Virus record (IMG/VR): IMGVR_UViG_2029527006_000005
DNA from: a virus
Lineage: Duplodnaviria > Heunggongvirae > Uroviricota > Caudoviricetes
Direction: 5' to 3' (one strand)
DNA: 64,000 bases
The translations under genes were made by a program, and so were the position numbers. The notes under the pieces were generated by a model. That model did not search any database. It saw only the letters and a program-made list of their open reading frames with translations, and had not been told where the DNA came from. This document shows positions 10,595 through 20,567 of this stretch, piece by piece (the stretch's first letter is position 1; every line of letters starts with the position of its first letter).

Positions 10595-11160
10595 AACTTT
10601 GGCTCCCCAAGCTGTACGTATAATTCATTGAAGCGTTTATTCTGGTAATATTCTATGGTACTCTCCATGCTCTCTATTACACGATCTAATACATTTAAGG
10701 ACCACACGTGTACAAAAGCAAACCTAGGCATCTTTAATTCATGTAATGCGTACATAATACAAAACTCATCGTACAACTTATCATGTATTAAACTCTGCTG
10801 AAATAAAAATGATTCCTTATCGTTGAAATCTAATTCATATTTCGTACCATCTTCATCATCGATATCCCGCACGAATGCTGTACTATTTGGATTGTAAATT
10901 ATTACATTGTGCTGATTACCCTTGATAATTTTCTTATCCGAAATGTAATTGTAATCCCACATATCCCCCCAAGCGATCTTGTGATCGATAACAGGGTCAC
11001 TACCCTGATACCACACGCAATCACCCCTATCATGAAAAGCTGATACCATCAAAGGACTTCTGCATATTGGTGTATCACATGTGTATGTGTACAACTGCTC
11101 CAATAAGGAATCAATCTTGCATATTTTCTGTGCGTACTCTATGTGCCAATCTTGCATCAA
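10591..11160 (-). CDS. Hypothetical protein, FQxS family
   Basis: ESFLFQQSLI. Confidence 0.8.
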   Translation of the reverse strand: MMQDWHIEYAQKICKIDSLLEQLYTYTCDTPICRSPLMVSAFHDRGDCVWYQGSDPVIDHKIAWGDMWDYNYISDKKIIKGNQHNVIIYNPNSTAFVRDIDDEDGTKYELDFNDKESFLFQQSLIHDKLYDEFCIMYALHELKMPRFAFVHVWSLNVLDRVIESMESTIEYYQNKRFNELYVQLGEPKL

Positions 11161-11683
11161 CTTCCCCTATGAATTCTGCTGTACTGTTCTGTACATATTC
11201 TAAAATCTCTAATAAACCCTGTAATGAATATGCATTAAAACGTAATGTGAAATTGTGCTTGAACTCATTCTCTTTAAGATACAACCAAAATCCTACATCA
11301 ATTTCTTGTTCTGTGCTTTGTACTAAACTCTGCTGGAATAGCCATTCCTCGGTCAAATTCTTACGCTCATGGAATGCATGATGTATACGTATTGTATCAC
11401 CTGTATCAAACGAAAAACGTAAAGCTACTCCTTTCGCCCTGTGAGGTTCTCCCATAATGAATGAAACACTATTACACAAGGACTTTGCAAGGACTCTACT
11501 CTCTTCATCGGTGGGATGATTGAAATATTCTAATGCACCTCTGCTTATTGTAAAACATTTTGGTACTTGCATCTTAATATCATTACGCATAGCTTCGCAA
11601 TTCTTAATTACAAATAATGTGTACGTATCATATAATGTCTTTAAGGCTTCCATCGCCTGTCCGTACTCGTGTCTCTCGATCAT
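11111..11683 (-). CDS. Hypothetical protein, FQxS family
   Basis: EEWLFQQSLV; start MIERHE after GGAG. Confidence 0.8.
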   Translation of the reverse strand: MIERHEYGQAMEALKTLYDTYTLFVIKNCEAMRNDIKMQVPKCFTISRGALEYFNHPTDEESRVLAKSLCNSVSFIMGEPHRAKGVALRFSFDTGDTIRIHHAFHERKNLTEEWLFQQSLVQSTEQEIDVGFWLYLKENEFKHNFTLRFNAYSLQGLLEILEYVQNSTAEFIGEVDARLAHRVRTENMQD

Positions 11684-12215
11684 AAATCTTCTCCAAATCA
11701 GCAAGAAATACATCTACATCAAACCATAAATTCTGATGGAAGGTTCCCAATATCCCAGCATTATGCATAGCGGATACAACGTACTGACAATGTACAACCT
11801 CTGGTTTCGCTACGAATTGCAACTGCTCATACATAGCCTCATCCATCTCTTCTGTACTAAGGATATCATGAACTGAAAAGGTATTGCAAGAACTTTCGTA
11901 CAAAAAATCCATCGTGTTTTCAATGTTTACACTACAATACGTACAATTCTGTACATCTCTGTAATTAGCAAAATTCGTATCGTCTGTTGTACTAATCAAT
12001 GTGTATGTATTCAAAAGATTCTTTTTGTTATAATACAACATGTGCTCAAGGTCACCATCTAAATGTAAACTCATCTCGATTTTTATTGTACCACATGAAC
12101 TAAAATATGTACCCTTACCATCGTAATTTACAATAAATGCTTTGTACTTCTCTAACCATTCAAAGCACTTTAGGATTTTATTTGTGTAATTTGTTGTGTA
12201 CTCAAATGTGTACAT
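11628..12215 (-). CDS. Hypothetical protein, FQxS family variant
   Basis: EAMYEQLQFV..PEVVHC, close paralog of 12170..12748. Confidence 0.8.
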   Translation of the reverse strand: MYTFEYTTNYTNKILKCFEWLEKYKAFIVNYDGKGTYFSSCGTIKIEMSLHLDGDLEHMLYYNKKNLLNTYTLISTTDDTNFANYRDVQNCTYCSVNIENTMDFLYESSCNTFSVHDILSTEEMDEAMYEQLQFVAKPEVVHCQYVVSAMHNAGILGTFHQNLWFDVDVFLADLEKIYDRETRVRTGDGSLKDII

Positions 12216-12748
12216 AGCACCTCCTGGAACAACGTAATTAACTCTCTTGGACTGTGTACTAAATTCTCATAATACACCAACTGCCTCTCTTGACTATCCA
12301 AAATACTCATGAGAATAATACAATTCACTACATCTTTAGTGTGTACAAATTCTAATTGATCATACATCTCTTGGGTTATCTCTGTACTTTTAAGATACTG
12401 ATAACATGATAACTCTCTGTGCATTATACCTATGTCAAATGTTGTATTGCACTTCTGATGGAAATTGTAAAAACGATATCCACCTTCTCCATTGTCAACC
12501 CAACTGCCATCAGTAGGATCTAAATTGTAAAAACCAATAGTACAAATTTCGTACTGGTCTTTACTTAAACGCCATGCATTACCCTCAACGCCATGTACTA
12601 AATTCCGTAACTCAAAACCATTTGTTAAACCAATAGGCTTACCCCAGCACGAATATGTTCTAGTACTGTAAACTAAATCCATCAATTCAATTATATCTTG
12701 TGCATATTGCTTTACTTCTTCAAATGTCTCTAACTCAATTAGTTTCAT
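12170..12748 (-). CDS. Hypothetical protein, FQxS family variant
   Basis: QEMYDQLEFV..KDVVNC. Confidence 0.8.
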   Translation of the reverse strand: MKLIELETFEEVKQYAQDIIELMDLVYSTRTYSCWGKPIGLTNGFELRNLVHGVEGNAWRLSKDQYEICTIGFYNLDPTDGSWVDNGEGGYRFYNFHQKCNTTFDIGIMHRELSCYQYLKSTEITQEMYDQLEFVHTKDVVNCIILMSILDSQERQLVYYENLVHSPRELITLFQEVLCTHLSTQQITQIKS

Positions 12749-13262
12749 ATAAAGCTAATCCTTCATCAATATTAATATATTCTAAATTGACTTTAAATGG
12801 CGTAGTACATACCTTCATCAACTCCAAATATAATTCTAATGTATCATATGCATGATTTGGTAGTACTAAACTCTGCTGGAATAATACGTCCTCAGTATAA
12901 ATGCTAGGATCTTTAATTGTAAATTTCGTTTCATCTGTAAAACCTGATATACTTGTAATGTACTCATCTTTTCCACCAGTAGGAGAGAAACAAATAATAT
13001 CTGTCTTTTCAGTCATCCATCTCTCTTGTGAACAAGTATTCCAATAATCACCTGCACAAATAACAAATGCATGATCTTGCATATGACATGATACATTAAG
13101 ACCATCAGGTGTATCGTACTCATCATGTGCATCATCAAACAATTCTGAACTATGTCTGTATCCATAATGATCCATGTAAGTACTAGGATCAGCTAGAAAG
13201 TACTTCACTAATTTTGCTAACTTCCTAGCTAAGATGGTAGTTTCTGATTCCGTATTTTTCAT
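12735..13262 (-). CDS. Hypothetical protein, FQxS family
   Basis: EDVLFQQSLV. Confidence 0.8.
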   Translation of the reverse strand: MKNTESETTILARKLAKLVKYFLADPSTYMDHYGYRHSSELFDDAHDEYDTPDGLNVSCHMQDHAFVICAGDYWNTCSQERWMTEKTDIICFSPTGGKDEYITSISGFTDETKFTIKDPSIYTEDVLFQQSLVLPNHAYDTLELYLELMKVCTTPFKVNLEYINIDEGLALYETN

Positions 13263-13809
13263 CTAATACCTCATATAATTCTTCTATCTTAGGACTGAAC
13301 CACACCCTAAAAGATGTATCGTATTCTTTAAAGTACTGTACAAATTGTACTACATTTAAAATAGTATCGCTATACACAGTACTGAATTGGAATTCTTCAT
13401 CTTCATTGAGTAGGTTGTGTTGTAATGTACTAACTGTCTGACCTTCACCATCAACCTCAATATCTACTTCATCTGCCCTCTTATGATTGATGTAGATAAA
13501 ATCAGTATAGTAATCATCATTGTAAAAAGTTGGTGGTGCACTAACTCTTTCATGTGTATTCTCTAGACAGAACATGTATTGATCTTTCTGTATCTCAAGT
13601 TCATTAGTACTAACAAGATACATCTCTTGATTGTTCTCATGAACATGCATAGAAAAGTCTTTGTTAATGTAATAAATTTCATAATGCTGATAGATAGATA
13701 TGCATTTCATCTTGTGCTTATCTTGCATAAAACTCTTCATGAAAGCAATTACATTTTCTACCTTAAGACATAACTCTTTGTTAGTCCACTTTGACTTGTA
13801 ATAGTTCAT
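13225..13809 (-). CDS. Hypothetical protein, FQxS family
   Basis: EDEEFQFSTV. Confidence 0.8.
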   Translation of the reverse strand: MNYYKSKWTNKELCLKVENVIAFMKSFMQDKHKMKCISIYQHYEIYYINKDFSMHVHENNQEMYLVSTNELEIQKDQYMFCLENTHERVSAPPTFYNDDYYTDFIYINHKRADEVDIEVDGEGQTVSTLQHNLLNEDEEFQFSTVYSDTILNVVQFVQYFKEYDTSFRVWFSPKIEELYEVLDEKYGIRNYHLS

Positions 13810-14325
13810 CTATTCTCCTACTAAGTCTCTGTCCTTGGGGAATGTTAAAGCATGTTTACATTCAGCCATAATCGTTGGTAATAATTCAATATTGTACTCT
13901 AAGCGTGTTATACCATATAACTCATCTTTCCTACTTCTGATATATGAAAGAGTTAACAAGTCCCTATTAAGTACTGGTGTGTACAAAAGAGAGTACTGGA
14001 AGTGTTCAGCTTCAGAATGAAGATCATCGTATAACTCAATACCAGTACATCCATCATCATAATCAAGATGATAAAATTCTGATTGGTCCAAAAACATAAC
14101 CACACGTTGTCCAGTGTTGTAAGACATTTGTAAATCTATAGGTCTAGTACTGTAAGCAAATATACGGGTACGTTCATCACTATTATAATAGAAAAAAGAT
14201 TTACCAGAATCATCTGCATGGAGAGTACTACTAATATAAGGATTACTATTAGCTATTCCTAGATAGAACCATTTGATCATCTTGAAGATATCTTGAGCGT
14301 ACTTTAAATCTTCATCGTAAGTCAT
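13810..14325 (-). CDS. Hypothetical protein, FQxS family
   Basis: YDEDLKYAQDI...EAEHFQYSLL. Confidence 0.8.
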   Translation of the reverse strand: MTYDEDLKYAQDIFKMIKWFYLGIANSNPYISSTLHADDSGKSFFYYNSDERTRIFAYSTRPIDLQMSYNTGQRVVMFLDQSEFYHLDYDDGCTGIELYDDLHSEAEHFQYSLLYTPVLNRDLLTLSYIRSRKDELYGITRLEYNIELLPTIMAECKHALTFPKDRDLVGE

Positions 14326-14792
14326 AGTTTAACCTCATCTAGTCTTTTAAGTACTTCATCAATAAATTCTGTATGTACACTGAAGTACTTGTATGGGGCC
14401 ATTGGAACCGAATTAAGTGTCTTAACAATGACAGCAGCTTTCAATACTTCATCTTGTAGTAATAGTTGTCGTTGGAAGTACCAACCTTCATCGATTGGAT
14501 CATCGCTGACTTCATAGGTGTTGGGATTGTACATTACCTTGAAGTATTTTGTGTGCGGTGCATAGATTATCCGTGAAGATCCAATAAAGGTTGAACCTTC
14601 GTCTTCACGTTCTTCTAAGTATGAGAATACAGGATTAAACCCATCACCTAATTGTATAGTGTATTCATTACAATCTTTATTCATTTTGAAGTTTTGAATG
14701 CCACGTGCTTTTAAAAGGTCACCTGATATTAGTGCTTCACGGATGCGTAGAACCTTGTTTGCGTATTCTAAATCTTCTTCATATTGAGTCAT
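14322..14792 (-). CDS. Hypothetical protein, FQxS family
   Basis: YEEDLEYA...EGWYFQRQLL. Confidence 0.8.
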   Translation of the reverse strand: MTQYEEDLEYANKVLRIREALISGDLLKARGIQNFKMNKDCNEYTIQLGDGFNPVFSYLEEREDEGSTFIGSSRIIYAPHTKYFKVMYNPNTYEVSDDPIDEGWYFQRQLLLQDEVLKAAVIVKTLNSVPMAPYKYFSVHTEFIDEVLKRLDEVKL

Positions 14793-15273
14793 CAGTGCCG
14801 TCCAGTTTAGCTAATAGAATGGGAACATAGCACCAGAAGAGTTTGAAGCGATTAAACTTTGGCATTGCTTCTGTGTGCAAATGGTTCATCACAGTCTTGG
14901 ACCGAACCTGTTCCAAAGAGTACAGCATCGTGTCTTGGAAGTGTTGAGCTTCATCGTATCCGGGGAGTAAATGATAGACGCAATGCTGTTTATCAAATAC
15001 CGTTGTATCTACAACCCTAGAAAGGCTAGTGATGTGAACAAGTGATTTATCAGTAATAATAGAACCAGTATTTTCATAATCATCTTTCTGGGTAATGTCA
15101 CCAATCACCCTGCGAGCACCATCTTTGAAAATATGGAATATCCTTCCCTTCCCGTAGATAGAGTTAGTTAATCCGTAATGCACACCGTGACCTTCATTAA
15201 GTTCCCCGGATAGTAATGCATTACGTATACGCATTATATCTTTTGCATATTGTAAGTCATCGTGGTAGCTCAT
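14779..15273 (-). CDS. Hypothetical protein, FQxS family
   Basis: YHDDLQYA...EAQHFQDTML. Confidence 0.8.
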   Translation of the reverse strand: MSYHDDLQYAKDIMRIRNALLSGELNEGHGVHYGLTNSIYGKGRIFHIFKDGARRVIGDITQKDDYENTGSIITDKSLVHITSLSRVVDTTVFDKQHCVYHLLPGYDEAQHFQDTMLYSLEQVRSKTVMNHLHTEAMPKFNRFKLFWCYVPILLAKLDGTDDSI

Positions 15274-15758
15274 TCAATTTCTCCCAAGAGTTTACGCATG
15301 TTTTGTGCGTTCCTGAAGTATAGCTTGAAGTTATTGTATTTCTCCATTGGGTTCGCGTATAAGAGATTGGCAACCACAATGAAATGCAATTGTCTATCAG
15401 AGTACAACAAACTGTCTTGGAAGTATTGCCCCTCGTCGTAATTCGGGTTTAGCTTGAATGAACGAGTGCCATCCACCGTAAGTATACCATCTGCTGAATC
15501 TTGATGGAAATCAATCGTTTTAGAAGTAATTAATGTTCCAAGTTTGTTTTCTGATTTGTAATGCAAATGTCCCAATGTATATGGCCTTTGACCGAACTCA
15601 GTATAGAACCGTTTACCTTTAATAGTATTGAATTGTGTGCGATCCATATCAATCTTACAAGTAACCTTTTGGGCTTGACCAATGGAACCATCAATTAAAC
15701 CATCCCTAAGACGAAGAATATATTGTGCATATTTTAAAGATTCAAGATATTTGTCCAT
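15270..15758 (-). CDS. Hypothetical protein, FQxS family (first gene of array)
   Basis: YLESLKYA...EGQYFQDSLL; start MDKYL after GGGGG. Confidence 0.8.
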   Translation of the reverse strand: MDKYLESLKYAQYILRLRDGLIDGSIGQAQKVTCKIDMDRTQFNTIKGKRFYTEFGQRPYTLGHLHYKSENKLGTLITSKTIDFHQDSADGILTVDGTRSFKLNPNYDEGQYFQDSLLYSDRQLHFIVVANLLYANPMEKYNNFKLYFRNAQNMRKLLGEIE

Positions 15759-15784
15759 TGTTCCCCCAGAATTTATGTCCAATA

Positions 15785-15813
15785 AGTATAGCACCAAAAA
15801 ACCAATATGTCAA
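15785..15813 (-). promoter_or_regulatory. Sigma70 promoter heading the FQxS array
   Basis: TTGACA-17 bp-TATACT. Confidence 0.75.
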
Positions 15814-15985
15814 ATACACATATCAGTTTTTTAAGGTGGCTAAGGCTGACTGGCCTTAACTAAGCAAAAAAATTTTGCATAGTCCATAAAACTTTTTTAT
15901 AGAAAAGTCTAACAGTTACCTACTCAAATTATAACTAACGTAATTATTTTTCGAATGAGATAAAATTTGACTTAGTACTAAATCC

Positions 15986-16192
15986 TTATTCCACAAATAC
16001 AGTACACCCTGTGCCGCCATAGTCTACGTGGGCGAACTGCCCTACCTGCCGCTTGGCTAGCCTACCTGCTAGCTGGCGTACAGTCTTAGCACTGATAGGT
16101 AACTGCTTAAGTACTAAAGCCGTAGCCTCATCAATGCTATCCACGCTGCCTACAGTGCATCCTAAGCAGCCCTCTACTCTATATGTTGTCAT
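15986..16192 (-). CDS. Small hypothetical early protein
   Basis: GGAGG RBS before MTTYRV. Confidence 0.75.
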   Translation of the reverse strand: MTTYRVEGCLGCTVGSVDSIDEATALVLKQLPISAKTVRQLAGRLAKRQVGQFAHVDYGGTGCTVFVE

Positions 16193-16255
16193 GGTATTAC
16201 CTCCAATAGATAAAGCCACCAGCGTTATGCTAGTGGCCTTACGTTTGATTATGTA

Positions 16256-16654
16256 TTAGAACTTGAATGCTTTTGCTGCTGCGTTACGCAGTGCAATCTC
16301 ATTCAGTACTTTGCCTAACTGCTCGGCGTTGATGATGCCCTTCTCCATTGCCTCACGCACGTCACCGTGGAAGGAACCGAAGCCCACGCGAGAGATACGG
16401 ATCTGGTCAAGGCCAGTAATGTAAAGCCCTGCGATTTTCTCTGACGTGAATACAGCATCTACGCTATACTCTATGTTGCCGTCGTTGACGTTCTCAATGC
16501 TGACGGTTTGATTAGTAGCCCACGCCATACACTCACAGATAGTGCGGGTGGCTCCCGGAGATACGGTTTGATTGTCCATCGCGTATCGCAGAGCGTCGAT
16601 GCCGAAAGTGTTAGCTACTGCAACAACATCAGAGAAATGATTTAATGTGAACAT
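16256..16654 (-). CDS. Hypothetical early protein
   Basis: Follows promoter-hairpin-RBS cassette; start MFTLNH. Confidence 0.8.
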   Translation of the reverse strand: MFTLNHFSDVVAVANTFGIDALRYAMDNQTVSPGATRTICECMAWATNQTVSIENVNDGNIEYSVDAVFTSEKIAGLYITGLDQIRISRVGFGSFHGDVREAMEKGIINAEQLGKVLNEIALRNAAAKAFKF

Positions 16655-16766
16655 GGTGTATCTCCTAGAGACCGGAGGGAGAACCATTTCCCCCTCTCGA
16701 TGTAAAACATTATACAGGAACGGATGTACTATGCAAGTACTTTCTACAATCTTTTTAAAAGAATTT

Positions 16767-16860
16767 AGTACTTAAAAGCTATAGACGGATCTCTGCACCC
16801 TGTGGGTTACGGCTTATCTGCCAATGACCTTAGTATAGGCCACCAGCAGATTATAGTCAA
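16767..16860 (-). promoter_or_regulatory. Promoter-CCCACAGGGTG unit 1 (no ORF; Chi in spacer)
   Basis: TTGACT-17-TATACT, motif 25 bp downstream, then AGTACT. Confidence 0.8.
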
Positions 16861-17123
16861 GAGGCTTTTGGTAATTTCTTCAGTACTTTTTTCAGTACTG
16901 CCAGATCATCACCTTTGTGTAATACCTTGCCACCGAGATCATTTAGCTGGTATGATCCATCCACGAAGTAGCGGAGGAAGTAATCAGGCTCACAGTTATT
17001 CTCTTCATCTGTGTTATGATAGATTGCGAAGTACTCAAGTACTTCATCTTCATCATTCACATCATTCCAATCGTCAACGTTGCCGATACCAAAGATTCGA
17101 TTAAGAGCAATAGATAATTTCAT
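16857..17123 (-). CDS. Acidic hypothetical protein
   Basis: AGGAG RBS, start MKLSIA. Confidence 0.75.
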   Translation of the reverse strand: MKLSIALNRIFGIGNVDDWNDVNDEDEVLEYFAIYHNTDEENNCEPDYFLRYFVDGSYQLNDLGGKVLHKGDDLAVLKKVLKKLPKAS

Positions 17124-17192
17124 TTTGTATCTCCTGTTTAAGTACTGATATAATAGCAAAAGGGATGACTCTCGTCAACCCTTTATTTTGTG

Positions 17193-17360
17193 TTACAGTC
17201 TGGTTACTTTCACCTCGTAGCCGTGTGCGGTGAAGTACTGAGTGTCATCTGTGTGCATCGCTAACAGGTCATCAATGCTCACTCCGTAGTGCTCGTGTAC
17301 ATCACCTGCGGTCAATCGAGCGTTGTCAACCATGAAGAACTGAGTACGATACTTAGACAT
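17193..17360 (-). CDS. Small hypothetical protein (55 aa, MSKYRTQFF...)
   Basis: Read manually; follows cassette A RBS. Confidence 0.7.
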   Translation of the reverse strand: MSKYRTQFFMVDNARLTAGDVHEHYGVSIDDLLAMHTDDTQYFTAHGYEVKVTRL

Positions 17361-17489
17361 AATGTTTTCCTTAATTTAGGGGAGAACCATTTCTCTCCCT
17401 ATGCAAAACATTATACAGTATCTGGGGGAGTATGCAAGTACTTTTATCAATTATTTTTGCTCTTGACAAAGTACTTGCATTGCTATATA

Positions 17490-18023
17490 TTAGCAATCCA
17501 TTTCACGCCAGCTAGCTGGTACATCGTAAGTTTCTACATCGCCACCAGCACTATCCAAATCACCAGCGTTCGGGCAGCAAGGGGAGCATAAGAAGTACTT
17601 CCCTACAGTCTTGCTATCCATCACACAGATTGTATTGTTATCAGTGTTATAGATAACAGTAGTGTCATCGATTGTTGCTACGTGGATATCACCTGTAAAC
17701 TCTTCGTACTGGCGATCATGTTCTTCCACCAGTTCAGTGAGATCATTACCTTCCTCATCTTGCAGATTGTTAAGGAAGTCAAGCATTACATCTTGAATGC
17801 GAGCGAGGTAAGTACTGAATAATTCATTCTCTTCCTGCTCAGGAGTAACGAAACCATGTTTTGCCGCAAACTCGATATCACATTCTAATCTGCGTGAATC
17901 GATGCCATTACAGAAGATATCATGCAGTACATCACCGTTTACGTTGTTCGCGTTGATATAGCCGTAAGCGATACCAGTAACAGGGTTAACGTTGATCATA
18001 TCTCGTACATTGTTGTGAATCAT
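17490..18023 (-). CDS. Hypothetical phage protein (GIAYGYI...CSPCCPNAGDLD)
   Basis: Cassette A upstream; Cys-rich C-terminal motif. Confidence 0.8.
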   Translation of the reverse strand: MIHNNVRDMINVNPVTGIAYGYINANNVNGDVLHDIFCNGIDSRRLECDIEFAAKHGFVTPEQEENELFSTYLARIQDVMLDFLNNLQDEEGNDLTELVEEHDRQYEEFTGDIHVATIDDTTVIYNTDNNTICVMDSKTVGKYFLCSPCCPNAGDLDSAGGDVETYDVPASWREMDC

Positions 18024-18141
18024 GATTTCATTCCTTAACTTGGAGAGAAGAACCATTTCCCCTCTCGATGTAAAACATTATACGATGTTTGGGAGTAGTA
18101 TTCAAGTACTTTTTGAAATTTATTTTATCCGTATTTGATTT

Positions 18142-18246
18142 AGTACTTCGATGAAAAAATATACAATCCTTAAACGGTTTTGTGCACCCTGTGGGTTAGC
18201 TTGTTTCCGTAAACATATAATAGCAAAAAGGGCCGACCGAAGTCAA
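18142..18246 (-). promoter_or_regulatory. Promoter-CCCACAGGGTG unit 2
   Basis: TTGACT-18-TATTAT (cassette B), motif 21 bp downstream, no ORF. Confidence 0.8.
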
Positions 18247-18255
18247 CCCTTTCTT

Positions 18256-18429
18256 TTAAATAATTTCAACGCGATCACTAACACCTTTGGCGTGTGCTTT
18301 CAGTACTTCATTGCGTTGCCAATTGTCAAGAGACTTAAGCTCTTTGTATTCGTTGTCGGTCCACTGGCGATCTGTGTTACCGATCTCGTACCACTTTTGT
18401 TTGAGTGCGTCCAGTTCTACGTGTACCAT
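18256..18429 (-). CDS. Small hypothetical protein (57 aa, MVHVELDALK...)
   Basis: Read manually; GAGGG RBS and own promoter. Confidence 0.7.
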   Translation of the reverse strand: MVHVELDALKQKWYEIGNTDRQWTDNEYKELKSLDNWQRNEVLKAHAKGVSDRVEII

Positions 18430-18650
18430 GTTGTAACCCTCTCTGTTAAGATGTATACATTATATGATAGTGCACCAGCAATGTCAAGGAATATTCAAAT
18501 ATTGTTTCATTTGATTCCAGTACTGAATTGTGCTAGGATCATTAATTGCATTTCCTACGTATAGCACTGTTAGTACTAATAAGATTAAGCCGGGTAGTCT
18601 CATGATTATTCCTAAGCAAAAGGGCTGACATATGTCAACCCTTATTTGTT

Positions 18651-18866
18651 TTATTCGATACCGCCATCAGTAGGCCAGTGATCGCGAATGAATTGCAAGC
18701 TGTTTGGTGTGAAGTTCTTCACCAGTGCTACCCTGTGTGCTTCAGCCAGTTCTTTAGTACTGAAGTCTGCACCGGGTTGATAGTGCTGGTTATTCATCGC
18801 GTAGTCCAAGTATACTACATCGTATGGCTTGGAGTTGGTATCGGACCATTTGCGAACTTTAAACAT
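18651..18866 (-). CDS. Hypothetical protein (MFKVRKWS paralog)
   Basis: Paralog of 18921..19175. Confidence 0.8.
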   Translation of the reverse strand: MFKVRKWSDTNSKPYDVVYLDYAMNNQHYQPGADFSTKELAEAHRVALVKNFTPNSLQFIRDHWPTDGGIE

Positions 18867-18920
18867 TTTGCTTTCCTTCTTGAGTTGATGGATTCATTAT
18901 ATACCCACCAGCTAAGAGAG

Positions 18921-19175
18921 TCAATCTTTTTTCTTTGGTTTCTTATCTTTTTCTTTTGGTTCTTCTTTGGGTTCTTCGGGCCAGTTCTCTCTAACAAACT
19001 CAAATGATCCAGTACTATATGATGCTCTGTCAAGTGTTATCTTGTAACGCTCGGCATCTGTTTTAGTTCTGAATGTAATATGTGGTTGATAGTATACCTT
19101 CTTTAATGCAAAATCTATAAACACCACATCATAAGGTAATGCGTTGCTGGTGGACCACTTACGGACTTTAAACAT
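18921..19175 (-). CDS. Hypothetical protein (MFKVRKWS paralog)
   Basis: GAGG RBS; paralog of 18651..18866. Confidence 0.8.
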   Translation of the reverse strand: MFKVRKWSTSNALPYDVVFIDFALKKVYYQPHITFRTKTDAERYKITLDRASYSTGSFEFVRENWPEEPKEEPKEKDKKPKKKD

Positions 19176-19236
19176 AGTTACTTCCTCTTAGTTGATAGGA
19201 TAATTAGCACCCTATCAACTATTTAAGAAGTACACT

Positions 19237-19824
19237 CTAAATGCAGAGCTTTTCGCGGTTCTTTAGTTTGCCCGACGCAAGACCATTCCAGATGTTAGTA
19301 CTGAATCCGTAATCTAACATCTTCACTACACCACTACGAGACACGCCCATGTTACGTGGTGATATGTCTGCGAAGTTGTTCGTAAATGCGTTGTCGTCCG
19401 TGTTGCTCACGTCTTTGTATAGACGGCGTTCAACGTTACTACGTGCTGTACGCGAGGTACGCCACAACCGCATAGAGTAGCTATTGAATAGATTTTTGTT
19501 TGATAGTTTGTCAAGTCTTTCCATCACAATAAAGAAATCTTTCCAGTGACATGCTTCGATCAGTACTTTAGCAAAGGAACGTTTCATACCAGTGAATGAG
19601 TAATCAACCAAATTCCATACACGGATTTCGTTTTCGTTTTGCTTGACACCAGTCCCGCCTTTGGCTACCTTCACCACCAGCGTATCACTTAATGCAAACA
19701 CTTCGCGGCTACTACCTGCACCCAATCGAGTCAAGTTCTCTTTGCAGTACTTAAGCATCTCAGTATTAGTGCTCAGGTGACCTAGTTCGTGTAAGTGTAG
19801 TTTAGCTGCTTTGGTGAGGTACAT
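19237..19824 (-). CDS. Ser/Thr protein kinase-like protein
   Basis: LGAGSSR Gly loop, VVKVA Lys, NENE helix C, VMERL hinge, DISPRN catalytic loop, LDYG; start MYLTK after AAGGAG. Confidence 0.8.
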   Translation of the reverse strand: MYLTKAAKLHLHELGHLSTNTEMLKYCKENLTRLGAGSSREVFALSDTLVVKVAKGGTGVKQNENEIRVWNLVDYSFTGMKRSFAKVLIEACHWKDFFIVMERLDKLSNKNLFNSYSMRLWRTSRTARSNVERRLYKDVSNTDDNAFTNNFADISPRNMGVSRSGVVKMLDYGFSTNIWNGLASGKLKNREKLCI

Positions 19825-19891
19825 AGTATTACTCCTTCGTTTCGATATAGATATAATAGCAAAAGGGCTGACATGTGTCAACCCTTTTTTA

Positions 19892-20170
19892 TTAATGCGT
19901 TCTAAATGCTTTGTCTGCTGACGGTGGAATATCACCCTTGCGTACACCAAACGTATGTAGTGGTGCTTTCTGGTTCTTTGTGCTATACACTTTACCAGTA
20001 CTTTGTGCAATATTCATCATGTATTGTCCATCTTGTGAAACGAATATACGATGGTCATCAGTACTGAATTTTGGAACAAACTGGAAACCTTGAGATTTCA
20101 ATGTTTGTGGTAGCTGATCCAGTTGAATAGTAGACCACTGCTTTACAGTGTCTAAGTCTGTGCGTATCAT
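19892..20170 (-). CDS. Hypothetical protein
   Basis: AAGGAG RBS. Confidence 0.75.
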   Translation of the reverse strand: MIRTDLDTVKQWSTIQLDQLPQTLKSQGFQFVPKFSTDDHRIFVSQDGQYMMNIAQSTGKVYSTKNQKAPLHTFGVRKGDIPPSADKAFRTH

Positions 20171-20339
20171 AATGATCTCCTTGTAATGTTACAAGGTTAT
20201 TTATTGATACGGCAAACCTCCGCTAAATCTTCGATGCTGGCCCCTTGCTCGTGCAGGTTGACAAGATCAAAGATATGATCATTGCAGTACTGGACCGCTG
20301 CTTTATCACCTCTGATTAGAGCAATTATTTGCTGGTAAA

Positions 20340-20555
20340 TCATTTACGTAAACACCCCATGATAATGCCCTGTAATAACTGACGCTTAACCGGATGATTG
20401 GCTACTGTTGCTTTGATGCGATTAGCTTCACGTAGTATACCATCACACTGTTCCTTTGTCAATTTATCGATGACTAGTTGCGTGTTAGTACTTTGTACTG
20501 TACCCTCTTGCATTTTGAATCGGATACCGTTTAAAATTAATGAATGAGTTGGCAT
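20340..20555 (-). CDS. Hypothetical protein
   Basis: GGAG RBS. Confidence 0.7.
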   Translation of the reverse strand: MPTHSLILNGIRFKMQEGTVQSTNTQLVIDKLTKEQCDGILREANRIKATVANHPVKRQLLQGIIMGCLRK

Positions 20556-20567
20556 GGTAATCTCCCT

